A stretch of DNA of 64,000 bases from Tricharina praecox (lineage: Eukaryota), in contig NW_026250422.1 of NCBI RefSeq assembly GCF_024521635.1, positions 682,001 to 746,000 of the forward strand. Direction: 5' to 3'. Each line of letters opens with the position of its first letter. Position 1 is the first letter of the stretch. The notes beneath the pieces were generated by a model that was not told the DNA's origin, ran no database searches, and was given only the letters and a program-made list of their open reading frames with translations. The position numbers and the translations under genes are program-made. Of the stretch, positions 12,479-23,270 are shown piece after piece.

Positions 12479-12816
12479 GATACAACTAGCACTCAGTATT
12501 CGTTCGCCACGGGCTGGGGTGCCGCTCACATGTGTGTGGTGTTGTTGCGTAAAGTGGCCACGCTTAACGAGTGTCGGTTCCTGAATCCCTGTCTTGGCTC
12601 GTAATATCAGCCCCTTTCGCGGACCGTCGTTTTCGTAACATCCTCCGCGTACTCGGTATCAATTTCACTACAAAACGGTCGCCCCTTCTTTTTTTTTTCT
12701 CCCCTCGACAACACCTTCACTTCTCACCTCCTACCTCCTACTACCTTCTTCGCCTTCGTTCAGTCTCACATTTGCCAACCTTAAATCTTCTTCTCCATAC
12801 ACCAAACACATCAACA

Positions 12817-14136
12817 ATGGCCGTCAACAAGGTTCAGCTCGAGCAGGAAGACCATCAGCGTGATGCCGACTTCAAGAAGGCATTGCACGGAAAGACCGCC
12901 GAGGACTCTGTCGGCTTCATGGCTATGATGGGAAAGGACAAGGATGCCCAGAAGGCGGCCGTCGACGAGTACTTCAAGTACTGGGACGGAAAGGGAGCCG
13001 GAAAGGAGACGGAGGCGGACATGAAGGTAAATAACCACATCAACCCATTGACCGTTTTCCTTGGCGGACGGAGCCTAATAGATATGACAGGAGCGTGTTG
13101 ACAGCTACGCCACTCTGACACGGCATTACTACAACCTCGCGACGGATCTGTACGAGAACGGCTGGGGCCAGTCGTTCCACTTCTGCCGCTTCTACAAGGG
13201 CGAGGGCTTCTACCAGGCGATCGCGCGCCACGAGCACTACCTCGCCCACATGATGGGCCTGAAGGCGGGCATGAAGGTCCTCGACGTCGGCTGTGGTGTC
13301 GGTGGTCCCGCCCGCGAAATGTCGCGCTTCACGGACGTCAACATTGTCGGTCTCAACAACAACGACTACCAGATCGAGCGTGCGACCAACTACGCCAAGA
13401 AGGCCGGTCTCGCCGATAAGCACTCGTTCGTCAAGGGCGACTTTATGCAGATGTCCTTTGAGCACAACTCGTTCGACGCCGTGTACGCGATTGAGGCGAC
13501 TGTCCACGCACCCAGTCTCGAGGGTGTCTACACCGAGATCTTCAAGGTCCTCAAGCCCGGTGGTGTCTTTGGTGTCTACGAGTGGCTCATGACCGACGAC
13601 TACGATGCCACCAACGCCCACCACCGTGAGATCTGCCACGGAATCGAGATGTTTGTCCCTCCATATTCGTTTCTCCCTCGCCGCAATTGCTAACTTTTCT
13701 CAGTGGTGACGGAATCTCCCAGATGGTCAAGATCAGCGAAGGACTCCGCGCCATCAAGGCTGCCGGATTCGAGCTCGAGTACCACGAGGACCTTGCCCAG
13801 CGCGGTGACGAGATCCCGTGGTACTACCCTCTCGCCGGTGACATGAAATACTGCCGTTCCGTCGGTGATCTCTTCACCGTCCTGCGGATGACCAAGGTCG
13901 GACGTGGAGCTGTACACAAGCTCGTCGGTGCGCTGGAGATGATCGGTGTTGCGCCCAAGGGAACGCAGAAGACTGCCGACACCTTGGCTGTGGCTGCGGA
14001 TTGTCTGGTTGCTGGTGCTAAGGTACGTCCAGATCCAACCCCCACACTTCCTGGGAACCGAATGCTAACTGCTTCACAGGAGAACCTGTTTACTCCAATG
14101 TACATGATGATTGCGCGGAAACCTTTGAACGCTTAG
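12817..14136 (+). CDS. ERG6: Sterol 24-C-methyltransferase (3 introns)
   Basis: [25 protein letters not shown] motif [37 protein letters not shown] and [13 protein letters not shown]. Confidence 0.98.
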
Positions 14137-14557
14137 GTTCATTTCGTCCAGTTGTTTTTTTGGCTCTTTCTTCCCCTTCACACGTACCACCGGCTTTATA
14201 CGCGTTTAGATTGGCCTTTACTCTACCAACATATGGAACGAAGCGATGATATAATTAATTAATGGGTTGTCTTTCACCTTTCTTCTGGTGTTTTCATTTT
14301 TTTTTGCTTTCTTGTATCTTCTTTTGGTAGACTATAGGGTGGATAGGCGGAACTGGATAGAAATGGCAGTGAATTACTCTCCGAGTAATATCGGCCACTG
14401 GTAATCAATGATTTATATCTCCAGTGAAGTGACTCAAGCACATGCGGAAGCAATACGTTTATTGTCACCCCCGAAGTAAACTTTAAAGTAGGTAGCCATT
14501 TTTGAACTCCCCCGCACCACCAATCAATCGATTATCAAAGATCTCGACACTCCACAT

Positions 14558-16056
14558 CTAAGCAAACAGAACCCTGAAATCCTCCTTCTTGACGACACCC
14601 TTAGCAGCCAACGCCTCCGCCTGACCAACATAGACAGCCTTGACGGCCTCGGGGCCCTTGCTAACATTCAGCTTAGCAACGAGCTCAGCCAACTCATCGG
14701 GGTCGACCTTGCTCTGGATGAGCTCAACATCGTTGAGCGCACCATCGATAGCCGCAGGAGTGGCGTCGCCGACAACAAGGTAGTTGTTGTCCTTGACGGA
14801 AGCCTTAAGGACACGACGGTTCTTCTTGACAGCCTGCTTCGCAGCCTCCTTCGCCTTCTTTCCAGCCTCACGGCTCGCCTTCGAGGCAGCCTCCTCCTCA
14901 ATCTTCCGCTTCGCATCCTCCTCGGCCTTCTTCGCCGCCTCCTCAGCCAGGCGCTTCTCCTCGGCCTCGCGGGCATTCTTCTTTGCGTTGCGGCGCTCCT
15001 TCTCCTGCTCTTTGAACACCTTAATGCGAGGGTCGAGAGACAGGCCTTTGTCGACGAGCTCGCGCAGGCGCGCAATGTCCTCGTTCTTTCTCTTCTTGCG
15101 GGCGGCGTTGTTCTTGCGCTCGACGTGGCGCTTCTGGTCGCGGTTCTCGTTGTCGTCGGGCACGTCCTCGTCCAGGTACTCGAACGTGCGCCACGAATCG
15201 AAGTTGTAGAAGAAGTTGTAGAACTCGTCGACTTGCTCGCGCGCCGACTTTTCGTTGCCGAGTGTGGGCACCGGCTGCTTCTTCGAGAAGCGGCCTTCCG
15301 CCGCGAAGACCGGCGCCCACAGCTTGTAGAATGAGCCCTTGGCTTTCTTGGAGGGGGGGTCGACATCCGCGTTGTCGTCGACACTGTCGTATTGTCGGCG
15401 CTTGACCGGGTCAGAAAGGATCTCCATCGCCTTCTGGATGCACTTGAAGAACGAGTCGTCCTGCTGCGCGCCGGAGCTGCTGGCTGCCTTCTTGTCCGGG
15501 TGGTGCTTCAGCACCTTGCGGCGGTGCGCCTTCTTGATCTGCTCGTCGGTGGCGCGGAAGCGGTACTTGGACAGGCCGAGGACGGCGTAGTGGTCTTGGT
15601 TCTGCACAGTCGTCAGCTCACCCACTCGCTCACTCACCCACTCAGTAGAAGTTATGGTGATGTTACCTTCCAGTCCTTAGGATCCCGCGTGAGCATGGAC
15701 GGGTCCTCGGGCTCACTGATCTCGCCGGCATCCTCCTCCTCGACATTCTTGACCTTCTTGGAAGCCTGGATTCTATCGTCCTCTGAGAAAGTGCGGGAAT
15801 GACGCTTCTATTCAATTCATCAGCCATCCATCCGCATCTGCATCTGCATCCCCTTCCTTCCTTTCTCATAATCATCATCATAACGAGAAAAAAAACCTAC
15901 TCTGCGAGCATGAGCCAGGAAGTGGGGCCCCAAAGGCTCCAGCTTCCGGTCCACAGCAGCCGTGATGGATGCGTGCGAGACAAAGTTGGAGTCTCCGCCG
16001 GTCCACTCGCCAGACAGGGCGGGGAGCGCGTGGTCGAATTTGAGGGTTGCGGCCAT
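14558..16056 (-). CDS. ZUO1: Zuotin, ribosome-associated J-domain co-chaperone (2 introns)
   Basis: LEPLGPHFLAHARR, QDHYAVLGLSKYR..., J-domain HHPDKK, FFKCIQKAMEILSDP, FDSWRTFEYLDEDVPDD, and a charged coiled-coil middle region. Confidence 0.97.
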
Positions 16057-16288
16057 CGTGTGTATGTGTGAGTGGTGGTGGTGGTGGAATATGTGTGGAG
16101 TTCTCTCAAACAAGGCGGGGTGAGTTCCTAGCAACCTTTTTTTTTCCTCGCATAGAACGGGGAGCCAAGCCACCAACCAACTGACAAGCAAGCAAGCCAA
16201 TCGCAGCCTGCCGGCCGGTCGGGTCCAAACGCAACACAACACATCACGCCGCCCCACGTCGCCCCGCCCCGTCCCACCACACGCACGC

Positions 16289-17116
16289 ATGACAACAAAG
16301 ATGTCAACACTCCCGCCGCTCCCACCGAGCATCCCCGCATTCCTATCCGCCTACCTCCCGCCGTCCTCCTCCTCCGCCACCCCCACCCCCTCCCCTTCCC
16401 CCGTCCCCCTCCCCACCCGTCCCTTCGTAACACTAACCTACGCGACCTCCCTGGACTCGCACCTCTCCCTGTCAGCGGGCGTGCAAACGCTCCTTTCGGG
16501 CTCGGCCACAAAAGCTTTAACGCACTACCTGCGCACGCAGCACTCTGCGATCCTGATCGGCGCGTCGACCGCGATCGCCGATGACCCCGGGCTGAACTCG
16601 CGGCTGCCCGGGACTCCGCTTGCGCGCCAGCCGCGGCCCGTAGTGCTCGATCCACAGTTCCGCTGGCGGATCGCACGAGACGCGAGGGTGCTGCGGACTG
16701 CTGGGAGGGGAGAGGGGAAGGCGCCGTTTGTTTTCGTTTCTGCCGCGGCCGGGGGTGAGGTGGAGGCGGACGAGCGGGTGAGGCTTCTGGAGGAGGCGGG
16801 TGGAAGAGTCGTGCGCATAGATGCGCCGCCGCCGTGGAGTTGGAAAACGGTGCTGGAGACGATTGCGGCGCTGGGGCTCGACAGTGTCATGGTTGAGGGC
16901 GGGGGGAAGGTGATTAATGGGCTCCTCCGGAGGGAGAACCGCGGGTTTGTGGACTCGGTTGTGGTCACTGTTGCCCCTGTCTATTTGGGCACGGGCGGTG
17001 TGAACGTTTGTCCGCCGAGAGTGGTTGAGACCCAGGCGGCCGTCAGGTTCACTGATGTGCTGTGGACCGTGTTGGGGAACGATGTGGTTATGGCCGCCAG
17101 GCCGGACTTGAGCTGA
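16289..17116 (+). CDS. RIB7: 2,5-diamino-6-ribosylamino-4(3H)-pyrimidinone 5'-phosphate reductase (RibD C-terminal family), intronless
   Basis: RPFVTLTYATSLDS, THYLRTQHSAILIGASTAIADDPGLNSR, QPRPVVLD, SVMVEGGGKVI, DSVVVTVAPVYLG. The start may be 16289 or 16301. Confidence 0.93.
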   Translation: MTTKMSTLPPLPPSIPAFLSAYLPPSSSSATPTPSPSPVPLPTRPFVTLTYATSLDSHLSLSAGVQTLLSGSATKALTHYLRTQHSAILIGASTAIADDPGLNSRLPGTPLARQPRPVVLDPQFRWRIARDARVLRTAGRGEGKAPFVFVSAAAGGEVEADERVRLLEEAGGRVVRIDAPPPWSWKTVLETIAALGLDSVMVEGGGKVINGLLRRENRGFVDSVVVTVAPVYLGTGGVNVCPPRVVETQAAVRFTDVLWTVLGNDVVMAARPDLS

Positions 17117-17749
17117 GGCGAACCTGGGTTCTGGAACGTATGCGGAGTACATAGCCAGGGCTTTGAGGAGTACATACGCTGTAGATATAGACTACAAAAG
17201 TACATACCTAATACCTATACGCTCATTCAGGTGCCTTGGGGGTGTACTATACCGAGAGTGATAATTCGTGATCAATCAGTCACCATCCACCTAGGAACAG
17301 TGCTGTCATTCCATCTTAGCTGATCCCATTCAACCCGAATCAAGCTCTACATATAAAACGTGTAGCAATGCTCGCCCACAACCCAGCCCAGACCATATGA
17401 ACTGCACCATACAAACAAGTTCCTGATATCAAACCCAACCCACATTCCATGATCCATGAGCAAAAGAGAAGAAAAGGAAATGATAACAGAAAGAGAATTC
17501 GAAACCCACGCCGGCGCCCCATGCACATGATTATTTCCAGAGACAAACAAATAAAAAAGAAGAAAAAGGAAGAAACCGGGCTGTAAAAATGACAATTCTG
17601 GCACGTGAGAAACAAAAGATGAAACATTGAAAATGGCAGTACCCTAAAGCAGCAAACAAGTCCGCACATCCCGAGACACCCCAATATCCGAAAATATAGA
17701 AGTGATAGGATATCGTCTGCACTCCATGGCACAAGCCAGAGGAAACCCC

Positions 17750-19588
17750 CTACCAGTAGTTGCGGAGATAGGCACCACCTGATCTCTCGGCAGCAGTGCT
17801 ATCGGCCCAGTTACCGACATCGGTAGCCTCGGCGAGGTTGGTTATTTCATCATCGTCATCCTGGGTGAAGGTACAGATAGACTCGCCATCGTCACCGTCC
17901 ACGTCGGCAAGTTCCTCTCCTCCATCCTCGGCGTATAAGACATCGAACCTATTAGGACGGCGCTGCTGCTGCTGCTGTTGCTGGCGCTGCTGCTGCTGCG
18001 GGGGACTCGACTTTTGGCGGGCCTCGGGGTGATGGTAAGCCTTCGGATCAGAAAGGGGTTTCGAACACTCGTCGACGCCGAACTCAATCTTGGATCCCTT
18101 GTAGTAGGCTCTGGAACGCAAACAAGTCTTGGCGAACAAGGCGGCACAGATGGAGTTGAGGTTGCACTGGAGGTCGCCTTCGATACGCTCAATCTTCTCG
18201 ACCCGAAGGTTCGCGATATGATCGAGATCCTCGCGGAGACGTTCTTCAGTTAGGGACGAGGGGGGATTGCGGATCCTCAGAACACGCGACGCGCCTAGAA
18301 GCGAATTAGATTTATCCACCCCAGCGTCGATCGGAATAGAGTAGATAAGTAAGGAGACATACCATCATGCTGGATCTGACGCGCGATGTTCCGCAGGATG
18401 ACAAACTGCCTGGCATTTTCGCGCCACTTGATTTCGACCTAAACTGTCGTCAGATTCAAGAGAATGGAGAGAGGTGCGAAGGCACTCACTCGGCGGCCTT
18501 TGATGTAGATGTCGTTCCTCTTCGCATAGCGAAAGTATGTCTCTGCATCCACAGGGTCTACGAATGAGACGGAAGCACAACGATCCTGGTTCGATTGTCA
18601 GAAATGCACGATCCCAGGTAGCGCGAGGGGACCCACGCTGTTGTTCATCCACACATCGACAATAGGACCCCCGCGAATAACCCCCACCAAATCGCAGTAC
18701 TCGGCATCTTTTGGAATGCCGGTAATGAAAAGAGTTCTTCTCAACTTGCCTCCCCCTCCAACCCCTCCCTGAACGCTAAAGCCGTTGGTGTTGCTATCCA
18801 GAGTCTCGTTTTGCGACGCATGATTGTTGGATGTTTGCTTCGCCGCACCACGCCCGTGTTCGTTTCCGTTCCCATTCCCATTCCCGTTTCTATGAGAGTA
18901 TCTCCTTCCATTCTGATTGCCATACTGACCACTGTGGTGGTCATCGTGCAGATCCCTTGCCATTCCCGCATTATCCCTAGCCGGAGTAACAAAGGACTCG
19001 GTGTCCGACTGCTGTGGGGTGACTGGCGATGGCGGGGTATATTCCACGGCGGCACCATACTGCTGCTGCTGCTGCTGAAGGCCGGTGTTGATAAGAATCT
19101 ACGACAGCCGTTAAATACCGACAACCCACTGCGACGTCTAAAAAGTGGGTAGCAGCGATAGGGAAAGTAGTCACCTCGAGATTCTCGATCGTAACTCCTC
19201 CAGCAAGCAGAGTATCCTTCAAAGCATCTGCGTTTTTGGCGATATCTCAGTAAGTGCAATTACTACCAAAATTGTGGGGGATAGGGAGTGGAAGATGGGG
19301 AAGCAATTACTGTATTCATCGTAGGAACGAAGGAGAGTGCGATACTCGTCCAGCCTTATGACAACACTCCTGGACTGGTCGAGGATCGAGGATGGCTCCT
19401 GGATATTGATGTCGCCATAGCTAGCATCATCACCTCCGTATCCCTTGAGCCTTGTCAGTGATGACTGCAAGCATACTCGGTCTGCCTGTCTCCGCTCCCT
19501 CACAACACTCGTTTCTCTCCTCCTATCCTCTTATCTCCTCCGAGCTATCTAGATAATTTGTAACCATGCAGTGGGAGTAAACAAACAT
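17750..19588 (-). CDS. Coiled-coil plus tandem RRM RNA-binding protein with C-terminal DEC motif (SAD-7/Nrd1-like); 5' exon uncertain
   Basis: Spliced: VVIRLDEYRTLLRSYDEY|NALKDTLLAGGVTIENLE|ILINTG...; RRM1 RRTLFITGIP..LVGVIRGGPIVDVW..|..ASVSFVDPVDAETYF..DIYIKGRR|VEIKW; RRM2 GASRVLRIRN..TEERLREDLDHI..NLNSICAALFAKTCL..YKGSKIEFGVDECSKPL. Poly-Q tracts are present. The start near 19588 needs an atypical first intron. Confidence 0.8.
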
Positions 19589-22500
19589 TTTGTGTTGTGA
19601 TCTCGTGCTGAAGCATAGGACCGACGGCGCCACGATGAGCTCCGCTCGTGCGATGGTTGGACGGCATCTTGAGGGGAGGACGTGTGTGGTGTTCGTGGGT
19701 AGTGGGGTGGGGGGACGAGGTAATGAGTACGAACGATGGTGGGGGGGGTGTGATGAGTCGAGCTGCAAACGAGACCGACGTCGTTCATCGCGACAGAAAG
19801 ATATCCGTTGGAGGGAGCCGGGGGGACAGGTGCCCACTTGCATCAACGCACGTTCCCCCCTTCCCTTCGCAACCCTTTCTTGCACAACCACACTCCTTCG
19901 CCGCAACCAACCGGCTTCAATAAGTGCATTAAGTACTGATACATGGTGGCTCCCTCCCTCCCTTCTGCCAAGCCACATTTTCGCTCCCTCTCGTGTTTGA
20001 GATTTGTGCAGAAGCGAAATATAATGTGCAACACTGGAGATGTGTGGGTGGTATGAAGGGTCACAGAGAGAAATTATGCAACTGCGGGCTGTTTACCTTT
20101 TGGTTAGGTTAGCTAGCAGGTGTCGCCTTGACAAGCCTCGCTTCGCCTCTTCCCACAACTCTAAAAATGACCTCAGGGTGTGAGGGAACTGTGAGTTGAT
20201 TCCGATCGATCCCACGGATCTGTTCGGTGGATGGAGAATGTAGTATGCGCCACATTTCGATGGCACTGCCACAATCGAGCCGCTAAGGAGAGCTAAACAT
20301 TTATGTGCGACATGGCGGATAAGGGCACGGCGACAGCTAAATCTACTGTACGGGCGAACTCAGGTAGCCGTACCTCGTAAGTACTGTACAGGTTGTAGGA
20401 TGTAGGTGTCGGTGTAGATGGAAGCGGGAGAGCCCCCGGGACGAAAAATTCTCATAGCTCACCAGCTATCACTCGAGATATGATTTCTTCGTCGCCGTTA
20501 AGTCTGGATGACTCGTCCGTCTTAACGAGGCATACTTCTCACGGAGGAGGAGACCGACCGGGCCCGAGCATGATGTTTGATGTAGGTACTGTAGTGTGCG
20601 TCGCGGAGGCAAAGAGGCGGTGGACACTTGGGCCAAGATCTCATTTGGTGGCACGGGGGGTTCTCACGTGGGAGTTTCACGTAGGAGTTTCACTGCGTAT
20701 TGGAAACCGAGAGAGCGAACTGCTGTGTAGTATTCCCTGAACCGCAGCTCGTTTGCGGTCAATGTATCCCTTAAGATACGGAATTTTCAACTTTGACTGT
20801 CAGTCCAATTTGCCAGCCACCCTCCAGCCAGTTGGATGGATATCTTATCGGTGGCCCCCTCTTGATGATTCTCTTTTCGAATTTCGGCATTGTCCCTTGA
20901 TACATAAGAGTGTGGTGACGAGTTTGCTAGTAGACGATATGATTCAGACCGACGTTTAGCTCATTCGGAGCTCAACCGTGAGCTCAACCAATTTCCTAAA
21001 GTCAGAAAAACATTGGATTACCTCCGCCTCAGCGTAGTAAGGGTTCTATAGAATGCTCATAAGTGTTGGCCTTTCACGTTGGTGCTCACATGTCCCTCGA
21101 CACCGTTATTTGGTCGAAAATCCGATCTTCTGAACAGACACAACTCAGGAAATACACTATAGCTTCTTCTTTTTAGACTCTGACGGCTAGACGTCATTCA
21201 ATTACCTCTAAACGATACGGGATTATAAGAAATATCCTCAAGATTTTGAGATGTTCAGGATGATGTTTTTTTATTCCCGCATCTTAGCGGCATCTTTCCC
21301 GTTTACTAGCATGGGAACGCCTAAATTGACGCTGGAATCATCTTCTGCTACCAAGATACATCCCTCGTAGGGTCCCTTTGATCCTAGCCTATCCGCCCCC
21401 TCCCGTCCGTGGGGTGAAGCGGAATGCCCGCTACATACACACGTTGGCACTCGAGTATCGTCGGTCGACTCAAAGCTGTAGGTACTCTAGAGTGCCTACA
21501 ACCGAAAGACACAGTAAACGGGCCAGCCCGCGGGGGAGTGTGATGCAGGTTGGCGCATATGTGGGGGCGGCAGCGGTGGTGGCGCTCCGTAGGTTCGTCT
21601 CGTGGTTGGGTGTGTTCTTTCGGCGCTCTCTGCCTGCTCCACCGTTGGATTCGGGAGACGAGCGGAGACCCAAGAGAAGATTATGTCACGCTAATGGTGA
21701 ATATTCGACCGGGAGGGAACGGGCGAGGGGAAAGCCTAGACCCATCAAAGCCGTACGGCGTCCACTTGTCAAGCCTTCAACCCACGGCATCGCAAAGCCA
21801 GAATGAGAAATCGCCGTCAAAAATCACCGCCTGCTGCTATCCTTGCTGAGAGGATGTAAGCCCTTACTTATCTACCATATTTGTGATCGTGAAGAACCGG
21901 GTGTGAGCAGCCGATGGAGATCTTGACACGCGGCGCATGTGCAGAATACATGCACACCCTGAGGCAGGTATTCTGTCGTCGTCCGCGCAGTCCCGGACAC
22001 CGGCCCAAGCCCGTTCCGCTATTGAGCAAATGAATGTGTTCTGAAGACACCGAAGAAGCCTCAATACGCCATCTGATGATCCGTCCATCTCATGCGATGT
22101 CAGAACTGCGCTACGTAGGCTACCACGCCTTAGCTAGCGCGCGAATGCTTTCGTGCCGCGCATTGACCATGCAGATACTTAGCCGGCGCTTTCCACGACG
22201 CCTATCGATTGGTCGGATTACGGAGCGGAGTGGAACTGGCGGGGTTCCTCGACTCAAGCTTTCGCAGCGTAGAATAAGCAAAGGTCGATGGAAACCTGTG
22301 TTTCAAGTATACTCTAGAGATAGCGCAAATATGCTGAGCATCGATGTCGGTCGGGGCACCGAGTATAAAGTATTATCTGCTCTTCTCTAGAGTACTTGCG
22401 CGGTTCGACCCCCATGCGTGAAATGCCGATGCATACAAGTAAGAAGTACCTATTTTGTACCTACTTGCTTACGTACCTCCATACTTCGCGCTCAATTCCA

Positions 22501-22646
22501 CGGGCACATGCAAATTTGGAGCCTTTTGAAGCCGCTAACTTCTCTCTCTGTTCCTTCAATTGAAAGTTGATGGAATCATCGCGGGAAGTTTAGCAAGCAA
22601 GTAACCTCGCTCTCGGATGCTTCCAAGCCTCCCGTTCTACACTGCC

Positions 22647-22653
22647 TATAAAA
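22647..22653 (+). promoter_or_regulatory. TATA box of the zinc-finger/F-box gene
   Basis: TATAAAA followed by a CT-rich tract (22660-22790), typical of fungal core promoters, and then GTATGT donors of probable 5'-UTR introns. Confidence 0.55.
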
Positions 22654-23270
22654 AACTCACCTCTCTTCTGCCCCTCTCCCAACGCTTCCCCTCTTTTTGC
22701 TCAACCACTCGACCCTTCCTCCTTCATTCACTCATCTCTCTCTCGTAATCTCTTCGCCTTCGCTCCCTGCCTCCTTCCTTCTCCACATAGACTCACGGCG
22801 CTATCGTCTCCAAAGGTATGTAAGCCTCTAGAACTAGCGTGTGTTTTCTGCCAAGCCCCTACGGGCTCGCTTGGTCTGTGCTGCTCACTCCCCCGACATC
22901 AACTGCAAGCAACCTTCACTTGACGTTTAAGCTTTCTCCACGCTTTTACAACTACTCCAATCCCACAAACAACACCTCTCTTCCACCTTCCACCTTCTCA
23001 CATCTCTAATCTTCTCATATTTCCCCAGTTGCTCACGATTTGTTCCGCACAGCCTACGACGAGTACAAAGTACTACAACATCCTTACGCCAAGTTGCTTT
23101 CCCAAAAGCACTTGGTGTAACCTTGCGCTTCTCCTCACAATTTCGCTGCTTTGGAGTGAGCACATATCCATTCGGTTGCGCTCCATTGCTGTATGTCGGT
23201 CGCTCATCTGTCTACATCAGAAGCTAGTCACAAACCTCTAAGCTTGCACAGTTACAACATTGTTGCGATT

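Noticed and set aside
9493..17130. Stop-codon readthrough to cryptic peroxisomal signals in TYR1, ISN1 or RIB7
   Set aside because: None has the TGA-CTA readthrough context, and I saw no SKL-like extension downstream.
21378..22390. ORFs of 99-142 aa in the spacer between the RRM and F-box genes
   Set aside because: No recognisable domains, mostly non-ATG starts and no consistent splice structure.
22398..22420. GGTTCGACCCC resembling a tRNA T-loop or B-box
   Set aside because: The T-stem does not pair, and no acceptor, D or anticodon arms can be built.
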